Shown: in pieces, positions 1-14,200 of the stretch
Layout: the number at the start of each line of letters is the position of its first letter
How positions within the stretch are numbered: position 1 is the stretch's first letter
Assembly (NCBI GenBank): GCA_965644315.1
Contig: CBFFRQ010000162.1
Span: 1 to 36,436, forward strand
From: Caecitellus pseudoparvulus
Lineage: Eukaryota; Protista; Bigyra: Bicosoecida
Length of the DNA: 36,436 nt
Direction: 5' to 3'
Program-made: the position numbers and the translations under genes
Notes under the pieces: generated by a model
The model's input: the letters and a program-made list of their open reading frames with translations, nothing else
Databases searched by the model: none
Told to the model about the DNA's origin: nothing

Positions 1-3000
1 GCACCGGCGACGACGCCAGGCTGCTCACGTTCCCCACCTCCACACGCAGTGAGCTCACTGTCACCGACGGCAGACCCCCGCCCCACACAGTGTACCCGCC
101 AAACGCCGTGTCACCCAAGTACCGACACACCACACCCAGCGACACCACGTCACCAGGCGCCACGTCGTACAGGTGCACACCCTCGAAACGACCCTGACCC
201 GTCACGGCGTCGATCAACACGCCCACACTGCTGCCGCCTGACCCGTCCAAGTCCACTGCCGACCCGCCCGCCAGACTCGCATTCAGCGCACACGCGTGCT
301 CGTACCCCCGCACACGGCTCCACCCACCCACACCGTCACTCGCCTGCACCTCCACATGCAGCAGCGGCTGGAACGCCTCGATGCCCACGCCCGACGCAGA
401 TGACGACGGCAGCACCGGCGACGACGCCAGACTGCTCACGTTCCCCACCTCCACACGCAGTGAGCTCACTGTCACCGACGGCAGACCCCCGCCCCACACA
501 GTGTACCCGCCAAACGCCGTGTCACCCAAGTACCGACACACCACACCCAGCGACACCACGTCGCCAGGCGCCACGTCGTACAGGTGCACACCCTCGAAAC
601 GACCCTGACCCGTCACGGCGTCGATCAACACGCCCACACTGCTGCCGCCTGACCCGTCCAAGTCCACTGCCGACCCGCCCGCCAGACTCGCATTCAGCGC
701 ACACGCGTGCTCGTACCCCCGCACACGGCTCCACCCACCCACACCATCACTCGCCTGCACCTCCACATGCAGCAGCGGCTGGAACGCCTCGATGCCCACG
801 CCCGACGCAGATGACGACGGCAGCACCGGCGACGACGCCAGGCTGCTCACGTTCCCCACCTCCACACGCAGTGAGCTCACTGTCACCGACGGCAGACCCC
901 CGCCCCACACAGTGTACCCGCCAAACGCCGTGTCACCCAAGTACCGACACACCACACCCAGCGACACCACGTCGCCAGGCGCCACGTCGTACAGGTGCAC
1001 ACCCTCGAAACGACCCTGACCCGTCACGGCGTCGATCAACACGCCCACACTGCTGCCGCCTGACCCGTCCAAGTCCACTGCCGACCCGCCCGCCAGACTC
1101 GCATTCAGCGCACACGCGTGCTCGTACCCCCGCACACGGCTCCACCCACCCACACCGTCACTCGCCTGCACCTCCACATGCAGCAGCGGCTGGAACGCCT
1201 CGATGCCCACCCCCGACGCAGATGACGACGGCAGCACCGGCGACGACGCCAGGCTGCTCACGTTCCCCACCTCCACACGCAGTGAGCTCACTGTCACCGA
1301 CGGCAGACCCCCGCCCCACACAGTGTACCCGCCAAACGCCGTGTCACCCAAGTACCGACACACCACACCCAGCGACACCACGTCGCCAGGCGCCACGTCG
1401 TACAGGTGCACACCCTCGAAACGACCCTGACCCGTCACGGCGTCGATCAACACGCCCACACTGCTGCCGCCTGACCCGTCCAAGTCCACTGCCGACCCGC
1501 CCGCCAGACTCGCATTCAGCGCACACGCGTGCTCGTACCCCCGCACACGGCTCCACCCACCCACACCGTCACTCGCCTGCACCTCCACATGCAGCAGCGG
1601 CTGGAACGCCTCGATGCCCACCCCCGACGCAGATGACGACGGCAGCACCGGCGACGACGCCAGGCTGCTCACGTTCCCCACCTCCACACGCAGTGAGCTC
1701 ACAGTCACCGACGGCAGACCCCCGCCCCACACAGTGTACCCGCCAAACGCCGTGTCACCCAAGTACCGACACACCACACCCAGCGACACCACGTCACCAG
1801 GCGCCACGTCGTACAGGTGCACACCCTCGAAACGACCCTGACCCGTCACGGCGTCGATCAACACGCCCACACTGCTGCCGCCTGACCCGTCCAAGTCCAC
1901 TGCCGACCCGCCCGCCAGACTCGCATTCAGCGCACACGCGTGCTCGTACCCCCGCACACGGCTCCACCCACCCACACCATCACTCGCCTGCACCTCCACA
2001 TGCAGCAGCGGCTGGAACGCCTCGATGCCCACCCCCGACGCAGATGACGACGGCAGCACCGGCGACGACGCCAGGCTGCTCACGTTCCCCACCTCCACAC
2101 GCAGTGAGCTCACTGTCACCGACGGCAGACCCCCGCCCCACACAGTGTACCCGCCAAACGCCGTGTCACCCAAGTACCGACACACCACACCCAGCGACAC
2201 CACGTCACCAGGCGCCACGTCGTACAGGTGCACACCCTCGAAACGACCCTGACCCGTCACGGCGTCGATCAACACGCCCACACTGCTGCCGCCTGACCCG
2301 TCCAGAGTCCACTGCCGACCCGCCCGCCAGACTCGCATTCAGCGCACACGCGTGCTCGTACCCCCGCACACGGCTCCACCCACCCACACCGTCACTCGCC
2401 TGCACCTCCACATGCAGCAGCGGCTGGAACGCCTCGATGCCCACCCCCGACGCAGATGACGACGGCAGCACCGGCGACGACGCCAGACTGCTCACGTTCC
2501 CCACCTCCACACGCAGTGAGCTCACTGTCACCGACGGCAGACCCCCGCCCCACACAGTGTACCCGCCAAACGCCGTGTCACCCAAGTACCGACACACCAC
2601 ACCCAGCGACACCACGTCGCCAGGCGCCACGTCGTACAGGTGCACACCCTCGAAACGACCCTGACCCGTCACGGCGTCGATCAACACGCCCACACTGCTG
2701 CCGCCTGACCCGTCCAGAGTCCACTGCCGACCCGCCCGCCAGACTCGCATTCAGCGCACACGCGTGCTCGTACCCCCGCACACGGCTCCACCCACCCACA
2801 CCATCACTCGCCTGCACCTCCACATGCAGCAGCGGCTGGAACGCCTCGATGCCCACCCCCGACGCAGATGACGACGGCAGCACCGGCGACGACGCCAGGC
2901 TGCTCACGTTCCCCACCTCCACACGCAGTGAGCTCACTGTCACCGACGGCAGACCCCCGCCCCACACAGTGTACCCGCCAAACGCCGTGTCACCCAAGTA

Positions 3001-6000
3001 CCGACACACCACACCCAGCGACACCACGTCACCAGGCGCCACGTCGTACAGGTGCACACCCTCGAAACGACCCTGACCCGTCACGGCGTCGATCAACACG
3101 CCCACACTGCTGCCGCCTGACCCGTCCAAGTCCACTGCCGACCCGCCCGCCAGACTCGCATTCAGCGCACACGCGTGCTCGTACCCCCGCACACGGCTCC
3201 ACCCACCCACACCATCACTCGCCTGCACCTCCACATGCAGCAGCGGCTGGAACGCCTCGATGCCCACGCCCGACGCAGATGACGACGGCAGCACCGGCGA
3301 CGACGCCAGGCTGCTCACGTTCCCCACCTCCACACGCAGTGAGCTCACAGTCACCGACGGCAGACCCCCGCCCCACACAGTGTACCCGCCAAACGCCGTG
3401 TCACCCAAGTACCGACACACCACACCCAGCGACACCACGTCGCCAGGCGCCACGTCGTACAGGTGCACACCCTCGAAACGACCCTGACCCGTCACGGCGT
3501 CGATCGACACGCCCACACTGCTGCCGCCTGACCCGTCCAGAGTCCACTGCCGACCCGCCCGCCAGACTCGCATTCAGCGCACACGCGTGCTCGTACCCCC
3601 GCACACGGCTCCACCCACCCACACCGTCACTCGCCTGCACCTCCACATGCAGCAGCGGCTGGAACGCCTCGATGCCCACCCCCGACGCAGATGACGACGG
3701 CAGCACCGGCGACGACGCCAGGCTGCTCACGTTCCCCACCTCCACACGCAGTGAGCTCACTGTCACCGACGGCAGACCCCCGCCCCACACAGTGTACCCG
3801 CCAAACGCCGTGTCACCCAAGTACCGACACACCACACCCAGCGACACCACGTCGCCAGGCGCCACGTCGTACAGGTGCACACCCTCGAAACGACCCTGAC
3901 CCGTCACGGCGTCGATCAACACGCCCACACTGCTGCCGCCTGACCCGTCCAAGTCCACTGCCGACCCGCCCGCCAGACTCGCATTCAGCGCACACGCGTG
4001 CTCGTACCCCCGCACACGGCTCCACCCACCCACACCATCACTCGCCTGCACCTCCACATGCAGCAGCGGCTGGAACGCCTCGATGCCCACCCCCGACGCA
4101 GATGACGACGGCAGCACCGGCGACGACGCCAGGCTGCTCACGTTCCCCACCTCCACACGCAGTGAGCTCACTGTCACCGACGGCAGACCCCCGCCCCACA
4201 CAGTGTACCCGCCAAACGCCGTGTCACCCAAGTACCGACACACCACACCCAGCGACACCACGTCACCAGGCGCCACGTCGTACAGGTGCACACCCTCGAA
4301 ACGACCCTGACCCGTCACGGCGTCGATCAACACGCCCACACTGCTGCCGCCTGACCCGTCCAAGTCCACTGCCGACCCGCCCGCCAGACTCGCATTCAGC
4401 GCACACGCGTGCTCGTACCCCCGCACACGGCTCCACCCACCCACACCGTCACTCGCCTGCACCTCCACATGCAGCAGCGGCTGGAACGCCTCGATGCCCA
4501 CCCCCGACGCAGATGACGACGGCAGCACCGGCGACGACGCCAGGCTGCTCACGTTCCCCACCTCCACACGCAGTGAGCTCACTGTCACCGACGGCAGACC
4601 CCCGCCCCACACAGTGTACCCGCCAAACGCCGTGTCACCCAAGTACCGACACACCACACCCAGCGACACCACGTCGCCAGGCGCCACGTCGTACAGGTGC
4701 ACACCCTCGAAACGACCCTGACCCGTCACGGCGTCGATCAACACGCCCACACTGCTGCCGCCTGACCCGTCCAAGTCCACTGCCGACCCGCCCGCCAGAC
4801 TCGCATTCAGCGCACACGCGTGCTCGTACCCCCGCACACGGCTCCACCCACCCACACCATCACTCGCCTGCACCTCCACATGCAGCAGCGGCTGGAACGC
4901 CTCGATGCCCACCCCCGACGCAGATGACGACGGCAGCACCGGCGACGACGCCAGGCTGCTCACGTTCCCCACCTCCACACGCAGTGAGCTCACTGTCACC
5001 GACGGCAGACCCCCGCCCCACACAGTGTACCCGCCAAACGCCGTGTCACCCAAGTACCGACACACCACACCCAGCGACACCACGTCACCAGGCGCCACGT
5101 CGTACAGGTGCACACCCTCGAAACGACCCTGACCCGTCACGGCGTCGATCAACACGCCCACACTGCTGCCGCCTGACCCGTCCAAGTCCACTGCCGACCC
5201 GCCCGCCAGACTCGCATTCAGCGCACACGCGTGCTCGTACCCCCGCACACGGCTCCACCCACCCACACCATCACTCGCCTGCACCTCCACATGCAGCAGC
5301 GGCTGGAACGCCTCGATGCCCACGCCCGACGCAGATGACGACGGCAGCACCGGCGACGACGCCAGGCTGCTCACGTTCCCCACCTCCACACGCAGTGAGC
5401 TCACAGTCACCGACGGCAGACCCCCGCCCCACACAGTGTACCCGCCAAACGCCGTGTCACCCAAGTACCGACACACCACACCCAGCGACACCACGTCGCC
5501 AGGCGCCACGTCGTACAGGTGCACACCCTCGAAACGACCCTGACCCGTCACGGCGTCGATCGACACGCCCACACTGCTGCCGCCTGACCCGTCCAAGTCC
5601 ACTGCCGACCCGCCCGCCAGACTCGCATTCAGCGCACACGCGTGCTCGTACCCCCGCACACGGCTCCACCCACCCACACCGTCACTCGCCTGCACCTCCA
5701 CATGCAGCAGCGGCTGGAACGCCTCGATGCCCACCCCCGACGCAGATGACGACGGCAGCACCGGCGACGACGCCAGGCTGCTCACGTTCCCCACCTCCAC
5801 ACGCAGTGAGCTCACTGTCACCGACGGCAGACCCCCGCCCCACACAGTGTACCCGCCAAACGCCGTGTCACCCAAGTACCGACACACCACACCCAGCGAC
5901 ACCACGTCGCCAGGCGCCACGTCGTACAGGTGCACACCCTCGAAACGACCCTGACCCGTCACGGCGTCGATCAACACGCCCACACTGCTGCCGCCTGACC

Positions 6001-8274
6001 CGTCCAGAGTCCACTGCCGACCCGCCCGCCAGACTCGCATTCAGCGCACACGCGTGCTCGTACCCCCGCACACGGCTCCACCCACCCACACCATCACTCG
6101 CCTGCACCTCCACATGCAGCAGCGGCTGGAACGCCTCGATGCCCACCCCCGACGCAGATGACGACGGCAGCACCGGCGACGACGCCAGGCTGCTCACGTT
6201 CCCCACCTCCACACGCAGTGAGCTCACTGTCACCGACGGCAGACCCCCGCCCCACACAGTGTACCCGCCAAACGCCGTGTCACCCAAGTACCGACACACC
6301 ACACCCAGCGACACCACGTCACCAGGCGCCACGTCGTACAGGTGCACACCCTCGAAACGACCCTGACCCGTCACGGCGTCGATCAACACGCCCACACTGC
6401 TGCCGCCTGACCCGTCCAGAGTCCACTGCCGACCCGCCCGCCAGACTCGCATTCAGCGCACACGCGTGCTCGTACCCCCGCACACGGCTCCACCCACCCA
6501 CACCGTCACTCGCCTGCACCTCCACATGCAGCAGCGGCTGGAACGCCTCGATGCCCACCCCCGACGCAGATGACGACGGCAGCACCGGCGACGACGCCAG
6601 GCTGCTCACGTTCCCCACCTCCACACGCAGTGAGCTCACAGTCACCGACGGCAGACCCCCGCCCCACACAGTGTACCCGCCAAACGCCGTGTCACCCAAG
6701 TACCGACACACCACACCCAGCGACACCACGTCACCAGGCGCCACGTCGTACAGGTGCACACCCTCGAAACGACCCTGACCCGTCACGGCGTCGATCAACA
6801 CGCCCACACTGCTGCCGCCTGACCCGTCCAGAGTCCACTGCCGACCCGCCCGCCAGACTCGCATTCAGCGCACACGCGTGCTCGTACCCCCGCACACGGC
6901 TCCACCCACCCACACCATCACTCGCCTGCACCTCCACATGCAGCAGCGGCTGGAACGCCTCGATGCCCACCCCCGACGCAGATGACGACGGCAGCACCGG
7001 CGACGACGCCAGGCTGCTCACGTTCCCCACCTCCACACGCAGTGAGCTCACAGTCACCGACGGCAGACCCCCGCCCCACACAGTGTACCCGCCAAACGCC
7101 GTGTCACCCAAGTACCGACACACCACACCCAGCGACACCACGTCACCAGGCGCCACGTCGTACAGGTGCACACCCTCGAAACGACCCTGACCCGTCACGG
7201 CGTCGATCAACACGCCCACACTGCTGCCGCCTGACCCGTCCAGATCCACTGCCGACCCGCCTGCCAGACTCGCATTCAGCGCACACGCGTGCTCGTACCC
7301 CCGCACACGGCTCCACCCACCCACACCGTCACTCGCCTGCACCTCCACATGCAGCAGCGGCTGGAACGCCTCGATGCCCACGCCCGACGCAGATGACGAC
7401 GGCAGCACCGGCGACGACGCCAGACTGCTCACGTTCCCCACCTCCACACGTAGTGAGCTCACTGTCACCGACGGCAGACCCCCGCCCCACACAGTGTACC
7501 CGCCAAACGCCGTGTCACCCAAGTACCGACACACCACACCCAGCGACACCACGTCACCAGGCGCCACGTCGTACAGGTGCACACCCTCGAAACGACCCTG
7601 ACCCGTCACGGCGTCGATCGACACGCCCACACTGCTGCCGCCTGACCCGTCCAAGTCCACTGCCGACCCGCCCGCCAGACTCGCATTCAGCGCACACGCG
7701 TGCTCGTACCCCCGCACACGGCTCCACCCACCCACACCATCACTCGCCTGCACCTCCACATGCAGCAGCGGCTGGAACGCCTCGATGCCCACCCCCGACG
7801 CAGATGACGACGGCAGCACCGGCGACGACGCCAGGCTGCTCACGTTCCCCACCTCCACACGCAGTGAGCTCACTGTCACCGACGGCAGACCCCCGCCCCA
7901 CACAGTGTACCCGCCAAACGCCGTGTCACCCAAGTACCGACACACCACACCCAGCGACACCACGTCACCAGGCGCCACGTCGTACAGGTGCACACCCTCG
8001 AAACGACCCTGACCCGTCACGGCGTCGATCAACACGCCCACACTGCTGCCGCCTGACCCGTCCAGATCCACTGCCGACCCGCCCGCCAGACTCGCATTCA
8101 GCGCACACGCGTGCTCGTACCCCCGCACACGGCTCCACCCACCCACACCGTCACTCGCCTGCACCTCCACATGCAGCAGCGGCTCGAACGCCTCGATGCC
8201 CACGCCCGACGCAGATGACGACGGCAGCACCGGCGACGACGCCAGGCTGCTCACGTTCCCCACCTCCACACGCA
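1..8274 (-). repeat. Coding tandem array, 411-bp unit (137 aa), about 20 complete copies plus a partial copy, open at the left edge
   Basis: The unit recurs at 45, 456, 867, 1278, 1689, 2100, 2512, 2924, 3335, 3747, 4158, 4569, 4980, 5391, 5802, 6214, 6626, 7038, 7449 and 7860. The array ends at about 8274. Copies differ at only a handful of sites; six copies are 412 bp. Confidence 0.98.
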
Positions 8275-11200
8275 ACATGGATGCGACCAGGGATATGTTG
8301 AAGGCAAGAGATACCTCGGGAAGCTCTGTGCTGTTGCAGGCGTAGTCGATGCGGTCGGCCGATCCAGGAAGAAGGTTCTCAACACCGATCCAGGAAAGCT
8401 CAGCAAGTCCTTCTTGGAAAACTAAAGTTTGCTGAAGTTTTGGTTGGGCATTTGAGTTAAGTGCGTCGTAGAGTCTTTTCCCGGATGCTGCGTGAATAGC
8501 ACACTCCCATGAGGAAGGAAGAGTGGAGTTTAACCAGGCATTTGGGCTGGAAAGGACTGCGTGGGCGCCTGCTGAATGAACAGGCACCACGGCACTTTCT
8601 GATGACCCCAAGGTCGGTCCAGTTCCGTTCACAAATGCAGCAACCCCAACTGTAGACATTGAAATGTTCTGCACACCTTGTGAAGGCTGCAAACTCCACT
8701 GCTGCCTTGCCAGTGTGACTTGGCACTGGGCCACGACCGAGACGTTGGCTCCACTTGCAGCGTGAATGCGGACGCGAGGGGGGGATGCGGTACCCCCTGA
8801 AGACAGCGTGACATTGATGGAGTTTGTCAGCAATCCATCGAGTAGGAAACTCGGGGAGGTGGGAACCAGACCGACGCTTCCTGCAGCGTACTCGACGTAG
8901 TACATGCAGAACCCGGGCGAACCAGGCACGCGAAGAGAAGCCAATGTCCCATTGAGCGATTCAAAAAGTTGTACTGGCTGCAAGACAGCCACAGGTTTGC
9001 CCCCGTCGAACGCCGCCGGCAACACCGTGTGCAGCTGAGACTCAGCCCACACAGCCTCTACGTTGCCAAACACAAACTGTGGTGGGGTGCCAAACACACT
9101 CGCTTCCTGCTGCCCCAGCGCACAGTGCGCGAGAAAGGTTTCGGAGGAGGACCATGAATCGAACGGAACTAAGGCGTCAAAGGCGGCTGAGGAGATGAAA
9201 CTGCTGGGGCCGGATTCGAACTGCTCCAGGAAAACCCCTCCAATCGAAGCCCCAGATGGCACTTCGCCCGTGCACTGCCCAAGAATGGTTTGCCCAAGAG
9301 GCCACACTTGGCCAACACGAGCCACAGCTGCTGGCGAACCTGAAAAGTTCAGCGCCACAATGGGGTGCGGCGGCAGAAGGGCTGAGCCTAACGCTGAAGG
9401 AAGTACAGGTATATGGGAGGGCGACTCCCACAGCAGGGTCGGGGCGACCAGCTCGACAGGCAAAAATAATGGCGGCATGATGTAGATATGCTCCCAAGTG
9501 CACATAACCTCCACGGTCACCCACAGTGACATGTTCAAGTCAGGGCGTACTGACAGCTTGCTCAAGCCAAGTGCTAGGTGAGGAAACGACAGCGTCCAGG
9601 AAGAGCCATTAGATGCCGACCAGCCCGAAAGCATGGTAACATTCAGTTGGTTCATGCCTGAGGCGTTGAACAGGACATCCGCGGGGTCTGCCGGCCCATC
9701 GCCGTACATGAGCTGCCCGGCTGACAGCCCGGTGCAAGACAGGTGCGAGTTGTCAGCCTCAACCGACGGATAGGAAAATGTGTTCGAGGCACACGGGGCC
9801 GCAACGTGCCCAGGGCCAGTTGCGGGTGACGCATCAACCACGGCCACGGTTGGGCTGCCAATGGGGCGCAAGGCTGAACCCCCGAGGGGTGTCAGAGGCA
9901 CCAAGGGGAGGGCGTCAGCGGCAGAGAGTGGGGCAAACGTGCTGTTGCTGATGAACCCGACATGCACATGAGACATGGACTCCAGAGCCACCAGAGGGAC
10001 AGCTTGAATGTCATGTATGTGCAACGGCGCTGACACGTTCATCAGTGGGCCGGGAGTTGCCCAACCACTGGGCTGCACACGGCAGCCTACAGCCAGGACA
10101 TTCTCCTCTGAAGCTGTGGCTTGCACGCTGAGGTTGCTGAATGCAAGAGCACCTCCTGCAGCCACTTGCCAGGCATCACCCAGAAGCTGTGCAGAGTGCC
10201 CTTCCAGGAAGGACATGGCCGAACCGGGACTACAGCCATTGGAAAATGCTCCCAGCACGAGTACTTCTGCCGAGCATGACATGGTCGCATCAACGAGCAC
10301 CTGCCATTGGGACCCGTTCCAGCGCTCAGCGTGCACTTCAGGTGGTGGACTTAGAGGATGCCTGGCGCCTGATGGGGCGGAGGGGAAGGCAGACCAGCCA
10401 ATGCTTGCGGCAGCAGGATCAGCCCACACGAGCCTGAGATCTGCAACTTGGAGTTCAAGTTGGACCACCTCCCATCTGGGGTGCTCCCAGTGCCGCTTCG
10501 GCAGGGGCGGCTGAATGGCGCAAACAAGCGCGGCAGAATAAGTCCCTGGCACAAGAGAAGGTTGCAAAGCGGGGGGCGATCCTTGGAAGGCGCCATTCGT
10601 CGCGGCGAAGGTGGTATTGCCAGACACGACGTGGGCAGATGACTGCAGGGTGCAATGGCTCGCGGAGTCGGTTTCCAAAATGGCCACGCTGGCACTTGAA
10701 GGTCGCACTGTGGCCCATGGCTGCCCCCCTTCGAAGCATCCAGACCCAGCCCAGTTGCCGCCAGGAGAGACAAACAGCTCAGAGGGGCACGAGACGTTCA
10801 GCGTGGGAGCAAAGTGTACAGTGTTTAAGGCATCCAGGACTGTGCTTGAGTCGATGATGTCCTGCACCACTTGGCCCGAGAAGTCAACACCAAAGTCTCC
10901 GACTAAGCGGGCTCCGTTTGAAACAGCGACCAACGCCTGAGGAAGCACCACAGTCGCGTTCCAAGTGGCCGCTGTCCCCGATAGCACCTGTGCTAGGGCA
11001 GCAGATGACGTCAGCTCCAGCTGAGAGCTCAGCCCGGCTGAGGCATTCGTCGCAGGTGCTTGCGGGGCCACTGCAAGGCACCCACCGTACATGGCAGTGT
11101 TGAACGAGCAGTCGAGACTCGCACCAGATAGGTTCATGGAGGCAGTGAAAGTTTCGACCAAAACAGCCCCGCCAGCACCGTCGTGGGCTGAGTTGCCTGC

Positions 11201-14200
11201 AAACTGGATGCTTCCCCAGCTGGCCTGCACCGCTGACGCAGTGGAGTGCATGCCACCACCACCCAGGGCAGCTGAGTTGTTCAGGAAGAACACATGCCCG
11301 GACAAAGTGACAACACTCGCTCTGAGCGAAGACAGCGCCCCACCAAACCCTGTCAATGCAGAGTTGTTGGAAAAGCGCGTCCGGCCTGAGAAGTCGGCGG
11401 TTTGCACGTGCTCAATGCAGAACCCGCCGCCGCTCGCCCCAGCACGGGAGGATTCGACGGACAAGTTGAAGAAGTTGGCATGCCCCACGCTGCGCACGAG
11501 CCCTCCACCACAATCTTCATCTGCAACGTTGTTTCCAAGTTGGACGTCAGCGACAGACACCGAGCCCACGCCCGACACGAGCAGGCCACCGCCGACGCCT
11601 GCGACGCGGCTGGAGTCCAGGTTGACGCTAGCAACAAGCAGGTTGCCAGCACCAGACACGCGCAGAGCCCCGCCGTCAAAAGCAGTGGACGTGCATCCAA
11701 GTGCAGATATCCCCCAGATGACCGACTTGCCCGCGCCTACGATCGCAATACAACCTGCGCCGACGTCTGGCAGACCAGAGCTCTGTTCAACAAGGTGCTG
11801 ACGCAGCCCAGCAGGCGTCGCGGCTGCCGGCAGTGAGCTGATACCGGCAACAGATACGCCTACAAGTGCAGATGAATCGACTTGGTCAAAAGTGACTTGC
11901 CGGAACGCTGAGCGCGAATGGTGGACTTCAACCCCGCCGACGATGCTGGAGAAATTACCACACATGCCCCGAACGATCGCCTGGCCGACTTGAGCCATGT
12001 GCACCAATGGCCGATCAACTTGATTCAGGACAACAAGAACGTTCGATACAATGGCTGATGCTGCGTTGCGAAGATCAACTAGTGGGGCTCCAGTGGAAAG
12101 AGTATCAGTGCCTGGAAGCGCCAGGACGGGATCCTTCGCACAGGCAAGCGTCAGACAAGTCAGCGAGACACTGCCCGCTGAGAGCATGCGAATGCTCCCT
12201 GCAGATGTGGCATTCACAGCATGCATGCGAAGCGAAGCCTGCTGTCCACACGATTCTGCAGCTTGCTTGACTGTCTGGGTGAGTGGGCCTGCGGCATGCA
12301 CTTCGCGGAGGGCGCCACCTGAGCCAGCGACGTGTGGCACGTTCCTGGCTGGAATCCACAAGGCACGCCCTGCCTCCTGAAGAAGGGTGGAAAACCCGGC
12401 GGAAGAAGGAAGGCTGATGCGCGTCGGGAACGTTGGGGCGCCAGACACTTCCAGCGTGAAAGGGGGCGACGCTTCTCCAAGTAGAGGGTCGTGGCCACTA
12501 ACAGCGACTGCCCCATGCACAAACACGGCAGCACGCTGCACCGGCTGGGGGTGAAAACGAACACTGCAGTCCCCAGTTGGGGCAGCACAAGAAGTGAGAT
12601 TTGCCCCACTCCACAAAACATCACCCTGATCAAGCGAGCCCACAAGCTGAGGAGAGTGAGGAGCCGTGTCCAGTGCCGACCGCCCCGCAGCTTGGGCTGA
12701 GGCAAGCTGCAGGAAGGAAATAGCCGACGCCAATGAAGAGAAGCAATGGGCGTCGAAGAAGGTCGCCTGATCTTGGTCCCCAGCGTGCGCAGCCCACAGG
12801 TCGAACGTGACGGTGCCTGAGCCCGCGCTGCAGTTCTCTGCCGCAACGACTGGCGCCAGAGAAAACGAGAGGGACGCATTGGAAGCCCTCGGAGTGACAA
12901 CAGACTGCATGGCAAGCTCGTCATTAGAGTTCTGCAACAAGGCCCCTGACACCTTGCCTTGCCATGGCTGGGATGCAGGAACGGGCTTGCCAGCTTGGAC
13001 GCCGTCCTCTTCCCATTTGGACGACACCAGCTCCCAGGCTGTGGAGTCGGACGGGTCCGAGCCCGCCGCCCCGACCTTGTATGTCCACTGTACGTCAGCG
13101 AAGCCCAGGGACGCCTCGGCAGATGGGATATGGGCAACGGTGGGCCCGCCAGCGGGAGAGTGGAGCCCTCCCGGCAAGTCCAGCAGTCGGCCGAATGCGG
13201 GGGACCGGGCACCAGCCTCCATTGAAAGGAGAAGCTCGCTGTCAGGCTGCTCCGTGGACTCTGGCATGGTCACGTTGCCCAGCACAAGCTGCTCCATCGA
13301 CGAGGACGGCGCGGCGCCCTGCCGAATGATGGGGCAGCCGGCGGCAGTGATGGTCACAGTGCGAGACGCATTGGACCACATGACTGAGGATCCAAACTGC
13401 GCACATGGCACTGGTGCCTCAATAACAGTGGGTGAGTCCCACAAGCCAGAGCTGTTGAGAGAGAACACAACCACCGAAGGAGTGGCAGAGCTTGACCCGT
13501 TGGTGGGGGCGCCGACGATGAGTGCGCTTCTGCTGCCTTCATCGATGGCGGCCATGGACCACCCAAACCACTGGCCCACATCGGGTGTCGGATGCACAAG
13601 GATCTGAGAGGCCACTTGCAGCGGCTGCATCACGGAGGGCTGGCTTTGAATCGTCTCATTCGCAGCATGCTGCCACGCAGATGCAAAGGGGGTAGCACAT
13701 GACTCTGACGCGTTCGCGGTGGCCAGGAGGGCAGCGCACGCCCACGTTACAGAGCCACTGTCCACGTGTCCCCCTGCGCTTGGGTGGGCTGACAATGGCG
13801 ACCCAATTGCCACGCCGGCTTCAGTTGAAGCCAGCGCTTGGCCCCAGGAGCTGGCTCCCGCGAGGCGCTGGTCAGGGGAAGGCCCAAGCAGCGCGACGAA
13901 CGCTGGGCCGGATTCCCAGGAAGTGTGGACGCCCCTCGGTGCCATTACAGCCACTGTGTGCGTCTGCACGCTGCAGGAGGCGTTCAAAACGTCCAGTCCC
14001 GTTGCAGCAGCGAAGTGCCTGGAGATGTCGACGGCTGCACCCCACAGTCGAGGGGGCAGTTGCGCTGGGAGGGCATTGAGGGGTGTGGATGTGTATGCCA
14101 ACCCAGTTCCAGGGCCTGGGTCAGTGCCAACAGAGCCGTTGGCAGGCACAAGCTGTATGCCAGAGGCACGGCCGTCAAACTGCGACACAGCCCACAGCCT

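Noticed and set aside
1-8274. CRISPR array or non-coding satellite
   Set aside because: There are no unique spacers. The unit is 411 bp, a multiple of 3, and in frame with a long CDS.
49-8301. Long plus-strand Pro/Thr/Arg/His-rich ORFs (871, 891, 439 aa) and repeated 75-aa and 70-aa ORFs
   Set aside because: These are shadow frames of the minus-strand repeat protein. Copy variants are silent on the minus frame but non-synonymous in the long plus-strand frame, and only the minus frame connects to the signal-peptide-bearing N-terminus.
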